Shown here: piece after piece, positions 28,819-36,417 of the stretch
How the letters are laid out: every line of letters starts with the position of its first letter
Position numbering within the stretch: the stretch's first letter is position 1
From: Clostridia bacterium
GTDB taxonomy: Bacteria > Bacillota > Clostridia > Peptostreptococcales > Acidaminobacteraceae
Assembly (NCBI GenBank): GCA_035269305.1
Contig: DATFJG010000123.1
Coordinates: 21,254 to 85,253 of the forward strand
Direction: 5' to 3'
Length of the DNA stretch: 64,000 nt
The notes under the pieces: generated by a model
What the model was told of the DNA's origin: nothing
Databases searched by the model: none
What the model saw: the letters and a program-made list of their open reading frames with translations, nothing else
Position numbers and translations under genes: made by a program

Positions 28819-29677
28819 GACTATCCTCCAATACATTCCGCATATTCTTAATAATTTCAGTCTTCTGGATACTGTTCTTTTCAATATAATCTAAAGTCTT
28901 AATTCCCATGACTCTATAAAAACTTTCATATTCTTGATTTACTTTATTATATGATTCCAGATGAGATTCTATTGTCTTAACATCTCCCCTTGCAAGAGGT
29001 CCTGTTAATGAATGTTCAATTCCTTCATTTTGAATATTTTTAATTGTACTATTAATCAATGGAAGCATCGCTTCAAATGCTTTGTCTTTATCAATTCCAA
29101 TAGAGCTTGTCAGTTCAAGACCAAAATCTATTAATGTTGTTAGATAATTAGAAAATACACAAGCCGACATATGATAAACTGATTTTTGATTTGGTTCAAT
29201 CTCAAAATAATGATTAATACTACTTAATATTTTTTTTATGTGTTTATTCTTACTACCTATTGATTCAATTGAAAAATATGTCTTCTCAAAATCTTTTACT
29301 GCTTTTTCTATATTAGATACAGACTGTAACGGATGCAGCGCATAAATATCCGCTTTTTTTTCATAAGCTTTAATTAATATCTTAGAAGAATGAACACCGC
29401 TCATATGAATAAATGTTTTCTCTCTTAAATCCTGAAAGGTATCAATTGAAGTTTCTAAAACATTTTGAATTTGATCATCCTTTACAGTAATGAAAATTAC
29501 ATCGGCTGCATTAATTAATTCTTCTTTTTGAAAGGCTCTCGTCTTTGTATAGTTAATTGCATGTTCTAAAGATTTTTTGCTACGACTATTATAGCCTATG
29601 ACAGAAATCCCATGATTGATAAGAAATTTGCCAAAAGCTGTTCCTACTTTACCTGCACCAATAATTCCGACCTTCAT
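28799..29677 (-). CDS. panG: Rossmann/DUF2520-type putative ketopantoate reductase (PanG-like)
   Basis: N-terminal [19 protein letters not shown](P)-binding fold and first position in a panBCD operon. Identification with the PanG class is from memory of that family. Confidence 0.6.
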   Translation of the reverse strand: MKVGIIGAGKVGTAFGKFLINHGISVIGYNSRSKKSLEHAINYTKTRAFQKEELINAADVIFITVKDDQIQNVLETSIDTFQDLREKTFIHMSGVHSSKILIKAYEKKADIYALHPLQSVSNIEKAVKDFEKTYFSIESIGSKNKHIKKILSSINHYFEIEPNQKSVYHMSACVFSNYLTTLIDFGLELTSSIGIDKDKAFEAMLPLINSTIKNIQNEGIEHSLTGPLARGDVKTIESHLESYNKVNQEYESFYRVMGIKTLDYIEKNSIQKTEIIKNMRNVLEDSHEKDNN

Positions 29678-29692
29678 ATTTATCTCTCCATT

Positions 29693-29728
29693 AAAAAAAC
29701 TCTATTTTGCCCACGACAAGATAGAGTT
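29693..29728 (-). terminator. Intrinsic terminator inside the pan operon leader
   Basis: Minus strand AACTCTAT-CTTG-tcgtggg-CAA-A-ATAGAGTT followed by T7. It ends 10 nt before the GGAGAG SD of the first pan gene. Confidence 0.6.
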
Positions 29729-29847
29729 ATTGTATATTTCATAAATTAACTATATCCTGTCTCTGTCATTAAAAGATCAAAGCAGTGATTTAAAACTATT
29801 GTTTTTCTAATTAAGTATGATTCTCAATAAGATATCATCTTAAGGTC

Positions 29848-29876
29848 ATCTTAACACATAATTAACATTTACGCAA
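29848..29876 (-). promoter_or_regulatory. Candidate pan operon promoter
   Basis: Minus strand reads TTGCGT (29876-29871), 17 nt, TAAGAT (29853-29848). Confidence 0.45.
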
Positions 29877-29901
29877 TAAAAGTATTTTTCGTGATAATTA
29901 T

Positions 29902-29930
29902 TTGACAATATCCTTTTTTCATATTATTAT
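29902..29930 (+). promoter_or_regulatory. Sigma-A-type promoter of the CoADR-fusion gene
   Basis: TTGACA (29902-29907), 17 nt, TATTAT (29925-29930). Confidence 0.6.
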
Positions 29931-30000
29931 ACTTATAGACCCCCCTACCGAAGGGCGAGGCTTTTAATGAGAAATGCTGACAGAAAAAATGGAGGTTTAA

Positions 30001-32508
30001 ATGAGTAGAAAAATATTGATTGTTGGTGGTGTTGCCGGTGGTGCATCAACTGCTGCAAGACTAAGACGAAATGATGAAGATGCAGAAATAATATTATTTG
30101 AACGTGGCGAATATATATCTTTTGCAAACTGTGGTTTACCCTATTATATAGGTGGTACCATTGAGCAAAGAGATGCTTTATTGGTTCAAACCCCTGAAGC
30201 TATGGGCACACGTTTCAATATGGATATAAGGGTAGAAAACGAAGTTATTTCAATTGACCGAGAAAATAAAAAAGTTATTGTTAAAGATTTAAAAGCAGAC
30301 AAAGAATACGAAGAGAGTTACGATAAATTAGTATTATCACCTGGTTCTACACCATTAGTACCGCCAATTCCTGGTATTGATGGCGATAATATATTTACCT
30401 TATGGACAATTCCAGATACTGATCAAATAAAATCATATATAGATGTAAAGAAGCCAAAATCAGCTGTTGTAGTTGGTGGGGGGTTTATTGGTATAGAAAT
30501 GGCTGAGAACTTACATGACCTTGGTATTAATGTAACAATAGTAGAAATGCAAAACCAAGTCATGGCACCAGTTGATTTTGAAATAGCTCAAGAAATTCAT
30601 AAACATATTCGATCTAAAAACGTAGATTTAATTCTTGAAGATGGTGTTAGTACTTTTGAGGATGCAGCAGGCAAGAAAAAAATTACTCTCCAGAGTGGCA
30701 AAACAATTTCAACAGATATGGTAATGTTATCCATTGGTGTTCGACCAAATAATGAGTTAGCTAAAGACGCAGATCTTGAATTAAATAAACGTGGTGGCTT
30801 TGTTGTCAATGAATACCTTCAAACAAATGATGAAGATATCTATGCTTTAGGAGATGCAATTGAAGTCGTAGACTATGTTGATGGTACGAAGACAATGATT
30901 CCCTTAGCAGGCCCTGCAAATAAACAAGGTAGAATTGTTGCTAATAATGTTTGTGGTAATAAAGAAAAATACAAAGGCACACAAGGTACATCTATTGCTA
31001 AAGTATTTGACCTAACTGTTGCTTCTACTGGACATAATGAAAAAGTCCTTCAAAGAAAAGGATTAGAATATAAGAAAGACTACCATTATTCTATTACTCA
31101 CTCAAAGTCTAATGCTGGATACTATCCTGGTGCTATACCAATGACTATTAAAACATTATTTGATAATAAAGGTAAAGTACTTGGTGCACAAATCGTTGGT
31201 TATAATGGCGTTGATAAAAGAATTGATGTTTTAGCAACGGCTTTAAGAGCTGACATGACAGTATATGATCTAAAAGAGTTAGAATTAGCATATGCTCCAC
31301 CTTTCTCATCAGCAAAAGATCCTGTAAACATGGTTGGATTTGTTGGAGAAAACATCTTAGAAGGAAAGGTAAATGTTTTTAGTACTTCTGAGTTCGATAA
31401 AATCGATGATTCATATATTATTTTAGATATTAGAGAAGAAGAAGAATTGAATTTAGGCTATATTACTAATTCTGTTCACATACCTCTTGACCAATTAAGA
31501 GAACGAAAAAATGAACTAGATATTGATAAGAAAATTGTTGTTTACTGTGCAATAGGTGTTAGAGGCTATATTGCTGCAAGAATACTAATGCAAAGTGGTT
31601 TTAAAGAAGTATATAACTTAAATGGTGGTTTCAACACTTATTCTGCTGTCTTCTGTTTAGATGATGACAGTAAATGTGGTGGTGTAGGTTTTGATCCATC
31701 CGTAGAGTTTGATGAGTTTGGAAATATCGAACACCATGAGTCAGATCCTGTAAGTTTTGAAAATATAACTGATGTTGTTGAATTAAATGCTTGTGGCCTT
31801 AGTTGTCCGGGTCCAATAATGCAAGTTTCAAAAAAGATGAAAGAACTAGACAATGGAGAAGTTCTAAAGGTAAGAACAACTGATCCGGGTTTTACTGCAG
31901 ATATTGGTTCATGGACAAAACGAACACAGAATACTCTCATTAGCGCAGGCAAAGAAGGTAATGAATTTGTAGCATTAGTAGGAAAAGGAACCAATATAAA
32001 ACCTAATGCAAAAGAGCAAGCTTCTTTGACTGAACTACCAAAGGATAAAACAATGGTTGTCTTTAGTGGTGATCTTGATAAAGCAATCGCTTCATTGATT
32101 ATTGCCAATGGTGCATTATCAATGGACAGAAATGTGACAATGTTCTTTACTTTCTGGGGTTTGAATATATTACGAAAGAATAACGGTCCTAAAGTGAAGA
32201 AAAACTTAATTGAAAAAATGTTTGGTAAAATGATGCCACAAGGCACTTCAAAACTAAAACTATCTCAAATGAATATGGGTGGCATGGGTGCTGGTATGAT
32301 TAAAGGTTTAATGAAGAAGCATAATGTTCCATCAATAGAAGAATTACTTCAACAAGTAATTGATAATGGTGCAAAAATAATTGCTTGTCAAATGTCTATG
32401 GATTTAATGGGTATTAGAAGAGAAGAACTAATTGAAGGTGTCGAAATTGGAGGCGTTGCAAACTACTTAGATGCTTCAGAAGATGCGGGAACCAACTTAT
32501 TTATCTAA
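30001..32508 (+). CDS. Four-domain fusion: CoA-disulfide/persulfide reductase-like flavoprotein + rhodanese + TusA/SirA-like + DsrE-like domain
   Basis: GGVAGGAS FAD fold and redox Cys44 in SFANCGLPYY. Rhodanese active-site loop VVYCAIGVRG, TusA-type CPGP motif (ACGLSCPGPIMQ), and a C-terminal DsrE/DsrF-like region (IIACQMSMDLMG). Confidence 0.8.
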   Translation: MSRKILIVGGVAGGASTAARLRRNDEDAEIILFERGEYISFANCGLPYYIGGTIEQRDALLVQTPEAMGTRFNMDIRVENEVISIDRENKKVIVKDLKADKEYEESYDKLVLSPGSTPLVPPIPGIDGDNIFTLWTIPDTDQIKSYIDVKKPKSAVVVGGGFIGIEMAENLHDLGINVTIVEMQNQVMAPVDFEIAQEIHKHIRSKNVDLILEDGVSTFEDAAGKKKITLQSGKTISTDMVMLSIGVRPNNELAKDADLELNKRGGFVVNEYLQTNDEDIYALGDAIEVVDYVDGTKTMIPLAGPANKQGRIVANNVCGNKEKYKGTQGTSIAKVFDLTVASTGHNEKVLQRKGLEYKKDYHYSITHSKSNAGYYPGAIPMTIKTLFDNKGKVLGAQIVGYNGVDKRIDVLATALRADMTVYDLKELELAYAPPFSSAKDPVNMVGFVGENILEGKVNVFSTSEFDKIDDSYIILDIREEEELNLGYITNSVHIPLDQLRERKNELDIDKKIVVYCAIGVRGYIAARILMQSGFKEVYNLNGGFNTYSAVFCLDDDSKCGGVGFDPSVEFDEFGNIEHHESDPVSFENITDVVELNACGLSCPGPIMQVSKKMKELDNGEVLKVRTTDPGFTADIGSWTKRTQNTLISAGKEGNEFVALVGKGTNIKPNAKEQASLTELPKDKTMVVFSGDLDKAIASLIIANGALSMDRNVTMFFTFWGLNILRKNNGPKVKKNLIEKMFGKMMPQGTSKLKLSQMNMGGMGAGMIKGLMKKHNVPSIEELLQQVIDNGAKIIACQMSMDLMGIRREELIEGVEIGGVANYLDASEDAGTNLFI

Positions 32509-32532
32509 TAACCACACTTAATATCACTCACT

Positions 32533-32564
32533 AAAAAAGCGACAGTTAAAGCTGTCGCTTTTTA
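32533..32564. terminator. Bidirectional intrinsic terminator
   Basis: AAAAAAGCGACAG-ttaaa-GCTGTCGCTTTTT. Confidence 0.8.
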
Positions 32565-32576
32565 CATATAAAATTT

Positions 32577-34772
32577 CTATTCATGAGAAACAATTTTAAA
32601 TTCTGGTAATGGGTAATCATCTTTCTTAATATTAATTTTCACCTCACCGTCAGTTAATCTTAACTCTACTAAACTATACTCCCCTTCTTCATAATTAAAA
32701 GTCATACCATCATCAAAGTACAACTCATAAGTTGTATCTGACCCATGATAAACATGAATTTCTAATGTCTTTGGTAATGTATTTAAGCTTAAAGAGTTTT
32801 CTTGCATTGGTATAATACTACCTGCTTTAATGAACATTGGAAATTCATCTAACGCCACATCTAAAGTATAATATTTTTCACCTTCAAACTTCTCGCCGTT
32901 AAAATAATGGTGCCATGTACCCTTTGGTAAATAGACCATTCGCTTCTTCTGTCGTGGCTTATAAATTGGTGCTACGAGTATTTGATCGGCGAATAAGAAA
33001 CTATCGTCAATATTAACTGTTTCATCATCAAAATCTTTATAAAATAATGGTTGAATGAGACTTCTACCATCTTGACTCGTATGGTATAACTTATTGTAAA
33101 TATGCGGTACCAATTGGTATCTCATTTTTATAAATTTCTTAATTATTTTTAAGTAATCCTCTCCAAAACACCAAGGTTCTTGATTAATAAAATCCAAAGC
33201 ACAGTGGTTTCTAAATAAAGGCGTAAATATTCCAAACTGTACCCATCTAGTTAACAACTCACCACTTGAATTTTCTAAGAAGCCACCCATATCTGCGCCA
33301 ATAAAGTTAAAGCCACTAAGAGAAAGATTAATCATCATTGGAATAGCATTTTCAAGATGTTCCCAAATAGAAGCATTATCTCCTGTCCAAAGTGCAGCAT
33401 ATCTTTGTGTACCGGCGAAAGCACTTCTTGTTAAAACAAAGGGCCGGGTGTTTTGCATTTTCTTTAAAGCATTATAAGTGCTTATGTCTTCTAAATGACC
33501 ATATATATTATGAATTTCTTTTTGGTATCGCTTAGTCCCTGAATCATCAATATGATAAGCATCTAACGGTAAAGTTTTGTTTTTTGTAGAAAAATCAGCA
33601 ATTTCATTCATATCATTCCAAATACCACTAACACCAGCATCAACTAATACTTTATGAAGATCTCCCCACCAATTTCTAACTTCCTTTCGTGTAAAATCAG
33701 GGAAGACACTATCACCTGGCCATACTTCTCCTACATATACTTCACCTTGACTATTCTTTATAAAATAATCTTTAGCCATGCCTTCATCATAGACTTTGTA
33801 TCCCGTTTCTCTTTTTACACCAGGATCAATAATTGTAACTAATTTATAACCCATTTCATTTAGTTCTTTAATCATACTTGAAAAATCTTTGAAATCTTTT
33901 TTATCTGTTGTAAACACCTTATAATCATCCATATAGTCGATATCTAAATAAAAAACATCACAAGGAATTTTTTCTTTGTGCATGCGTCTAGCGACTGACA
34001 TCAATTCTTCTTTGGTTTGATAACTCCAACGACATTGTTGATAACCTAAGAAATCTCTTCTAGGTAGTGGCATTTTTCCAGTAATTTTAGAATATCTTTT
34101 GACAACAGTATCTACATTTTTACCAGTAATCAAATAATAATCAAGATATCCGCCGTCGGCTTTAAACAATACACCCTCTTGATTTTTATTGAAATCAAAA
34201 TAAGTTTTATATGTATTATCATAATATACTCCATAAACTAAGTCTTTACGTAATCCAATATAAAAAGGTATTGATGTATGATATTCTCTCTGAGTTGATG
34301 TATGAATTGGTGAAACCGCTAAAACATCTGTATTGAAATTAGCTGTATCCCTTGCAAGAAAATTTAAATGGCCATATTTTTCTCCCAAACCGTAAAAACC
34401 AACCTCATCGTTATATTTTTTTAAGTGAAAAAGAGAAGTTGATTCTCCCTGGTCCGTCATATACTTCTCCATTAACCCTTTTTCTTTTTTCTCTTTCACT
34501 TTTTTTTCTATATCTACTATTTTATCTTGTTGTAAAATTTTTCCCTTTAGGTCAGTAATCGTTAATCTTAAATCTTTTGCTACATGAACGATTAACTCTT
34601 TTGTTTTTATTCTTTGAGCTTCATTGACTACATCAATTGTCTTTTCATTTAAAACAACTCCAACACTTGATTCAGGCCTCTCGCCTTTTTTATGATAAGT
34701 AATCCGAGTAATCCCCTCATAAAAATGTAGAGTTAATTGATTATTTTCATTAATAAATTCTATCTTATCCAT
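32577..34772 (-). CDS. Glycoside hydrolase family 31 alpha-glucosidase
   Basis: GIWNDMNE catalytic-nucleophile motif and RSAFAGTQRYAALWTGDN. ATG 34772 follows AAAGGAGAAAAA. The track start 34802 lies in a palindromic operator-like element. Confidence 0.9.
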   Translation of the reverse strand: MDKIEFINENNQLTLHFYEGITRITYHKKGERPESSVGVVLNEKTIDVVNEAQRIKTKELIVHVAKDLRLTITDLKGKILQQDKIVDIEKKVKEKKEKGLMEKYMTDQGESTSLFHLKKYNDEVGFYGLGEKYGHLNFLARDTANFNTDVLAVSPIHTSTQREYHTSIPFYIGLRKDLVYGVYYDNTYKTYFDFNKNQEGVLFKADGGYLDYYLITGKNVDTVVKRYSKITGKMPLPRRDFLGYQQCRWSYQTKEELMSVARRMHKEKIPCDVFYLDIDYMDDYKVFTTDKKDFKDFSSMIKELNEMGYKLVTIIDPGVKRETGYKVYDEGMAKDYFIKNSQGEVYVGEVWPGDSVFPDFTRKEVRNWWGDLHKVLVDAGVSGIWNDMNEIADFSTKNKTLPLDAYHIDDSGTKRYQKEIHNIYGHLEDISTYNALKKMQNTRPFVLTRSAFAGTQRYAALWTGDNASIWEHLENAIPMMINLSLSGFNFIGADMGGFLENSSGELLTRWVQFGIFTPLFRNHCALDFINQEPWCFGEDYLKIIKKFIKMRYQLVPHIYNKLYHTSQDGRSLIQPLFYKDFDDETVNIDDSFLFADQILVAPIYKPRQKKRMVYLPKGTWHHYFNGEKFEGEKYYTLDVALDEFPMFIKAGSIIPMQENSLSLNTLPKTLEIHVYHGSDTTYELYFDDGMTFNYEEGEYSLVELRLTDGEVKINIKKDDYPLPEFKIVSHE

Positions 34773-34870
34773 TTTTTCTCCTTTCAATGCAAACCCTTGC
34801 ATTAATCATACGATATATTTTAATATTTTTCAACTTTAAATAAATTATCACCTGGTAATAATATCTACTA

Positions 34871-34899
34871 TTGACATCTGATTCGTTATACTTTATACT
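34871..34899 (+). promoter_or_regulatory. Sigma-A-type promoter
   Basis: TTGACA (34871-34876), 17 nt, TATACT (34894-34899). The track ORF start TTG 34871 is this -35 box. Confidence 0.6.
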
Positions 34900-34921
34900 T
34901 ACATTTATAGGAGTGATAAGA

Positions 34922-35989
34922 ATGAATATACCCACATTAAAAATCGGAAATTTAGAAGCAAAGTTCCCATTGATACAAGGGGGAATGGGAATAGGTGTTT
35001 CATTGTCTAGACTTGCTGCAGCAGTAGCAAATCAAGGTGGCATTGGAATAATATCTGGTGCTCAAACAGGTTATAAAGAAGATAATTTTAAAACAAATAA
35101 TGATCAAGCCAATGTAACTGGTATTCAAAAAGAAATTAGGAAAGCAAGAGAGTTAAGTCCAAATGGAATAATTGGAATAAATTTTTTGCAAGCCTCACAT
35201 AACTATATTGAATTAGTTAATACTGCCGTTAAAGAAAAAGTGGATTTGATTATTTCTGGTGCTGGTTTACCAAAAACTCTACCAGAATATGTTCAAGGTA
35301 CCCAAACAAAAATTGCACCAATCGTTTCATCTGGTCGAGCGGCAAAACTACTGACTAAGTTATGGAAAAAAAGATATGATTATCTACCGGATGCCATTGT
35401 AGTAGAAGGTTCAAAAGCAGGAGGTCATCTAGGTTTTAAAAGAGAAGATTTAGAATCGAATACTGTTAAGCCTTTAAAAGACTTGGTAGTAGAAGTACTA
35501 GAAGCCATTAAACCTTTTGAGGAAAAATATAATCAGAAAATTCCTGTCATCGCAGCTGGCGGTATCTATACTGGAAAAGATATGCGTGAAATGATTGAAT
35601 TAGGCGCATCCGGTGTACAAATGGCAACAAGATTTGTCGCTACTGAAGAATGTGATGCCCATGATAACTTCAAAAAAGCATACATTGATGCAACAGAAGA
35701 ATCTATCGAACTCATTCAAAGCCCTGTCGGGTTACCAGGACGCGTAGTAAAAAATGAGTTTACAAGAAAAGTCGCTGCTGATGCATTAAAAATAAGAAGT
35801 TGTTACAGATGTCTAAAAGGTTGTAATCCTAAAGTCGCGCCCTTTTGTATCACTGAAGCTTTAATAGATGCTGTTAATGGTGATACTGAAAACGGACTGA
35901 TATTTGTTGGTACAAATGGTTATAAGATTGATCATATATCAACGGTGAAGGATGTTATTGAATCACTGAAAAAAGAATACTTAAAATAA
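34922..35989 (+). CDS. NAD(P)H-dependent flavin oxidoreductase (nitronate monooxygenase / FabK-like)
   Basis: FPLIQGGMG N-terminal motif and a TIM-barrel FMN enzyme pattern (AAGGIYTG). ATG 34922 follows AGGAGTG. Confidence 0.8.
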   Translation: MNIPTLKIGNLEAKFPLIQGGMGIGVSLSRLAAAVANQGGIGIISGAQTGYKEDNFKTNNDQANVTGIQKEIRKARELSPNGIIGINFLQASHNYIELVNTAVKEKVDLIISGAGLPKTLPEYVQGTQTKIAPIVSSGRAAKLLTKLWKKRYDYLPDAIVVEGSKAGGHLGFKREDLESNTVKPLKDLVVEVLEAIKPFEEKYNQKIPVIAAGGIYTGKDMREMIELGASGVQMATRFVATEECDAHDNFKKAYIDATEESIELIQSPVGLPGRVVKNEFTRKVAADALKIRSCYRCLKGCNPKVAPFCITEALIDAVNGDTENGLIFVGTNGYKIDHISTVKDVIESLKKEYLK

Positions 35990-35995
35990 ATTTTG

Positions 35996-36028
35996 AAAAG
36001 AATCTATGAAAATGGATTCTTTTTTTTA
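35996..36028 (+). terminator. Intrinsic terminator
   Basis: AAAAGAATC...GATTCTTTT followed by a T-run. Confidence 0.7.
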
Positions 36029-36031
36029 TGC

Positions 36032-36057
36032 AAAAAAAAATCCTTTTGAAAGGATTT
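36032..36057 (-). terminator. Intrinsic terminator for the small zinc-ribbon ORF
   Basis: Minus strand AAATCCTTT-caa-AAGGATTT followed by T8. Confidence 0.7.
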
Positions 36058-36096
36058 AGTTAATTCAAATGATTAAAATGAAATAATAGTCTATGT

Positions 36097-36258
36097 TTAA
36101 TAATCCATGCTTTTAATTGAGTATAACATACCATATTCATGATCTACTTCAACTTGACAAGCTTTACATAAACCAAACTTATTTACTTCTTTTTCATCAT
36201 GACATCTGTTACAAGAATCTACCTTCACGTTTGAATTTTTTATTACATCATTTGTCAT
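36097..36258 (-). CDS. Unannotated 53-aa CxxC...CxxC zinc-ribbon-like small protein
   Basis: Manual translation gives MTNDVIKNSNVKVDSCNRCHDEKEVNKFGLCKACQVEVDHEYGMLYSIKSMDY. SD is GAAAGGGG. Own promoter on the minus strand: TTGCAA (36339-36334), 17 nt, TATAAT (36316-36311). Own terminator. Confidence 0.6.
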   Translation of the reverse strand: MTNDVIKNSNVKVDSCNRCHDEKEVNKFGLCKACQVEVDHEYGMLYSIKSMDY

Positions 36259-36362
36259 AATTAACCCCTTTCAATACCATTTGTATTATTGTATACGATT
36301 ATTTAATTATATTATAATACATCAAAATCAGAATTGCAAGAATAAATATTAATATTTTTTAA

Positions 36363-36400
36363 TAAAAAAGTAATTTCTCATGAAATTGAAAAATTACTTT
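36363..36400 (-). terminator. Intrinsic terminator after histidine kinase gene
   Basis: Minus strand AAAGTAATTTTTC...GAGAAATTACTTT followed by TTTATT. Confidence 0.65.
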
Positions 36401-36417
36401 CCTATTAGAATCAATAT

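Noticed and set aside
28819-28884. N-terminal extensions implied by the longest-ORF starts: panB 28884, dapA 43416, oxidoreductase 34871, greA 53466, VOC 5532, GH31 34802
   Set aside because: The extensions are non-conserved-looking and overlap upstream genes or promoter/operator elements. Internal ATGs with good SDs give family-typical N-termini.
29891-29907. TGATAAT half-site (GTGATAATTATTTGACA) overlapping the -35 of the CoADR-fusion promoter as a possible Fur/PerR box
   Set aside because: Only the first 7-mer matches. The second half (ATTTGAC) does not fit ATTATCA.
31638-32246. 202-aa antisense ORF inside the CoADR-fusion gene. Similar long antisense ORFs occur at 39920..40330, 46125..46538, 62500..62898, 16387..16647 and 59506..59817.
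   Set aside because: These are low-complexity, hydrophobic/Ser-Pro-rich translations with no SD or promoter. They are typical shadow ORFs opposite strongly supported genes in AT-rich DNA.
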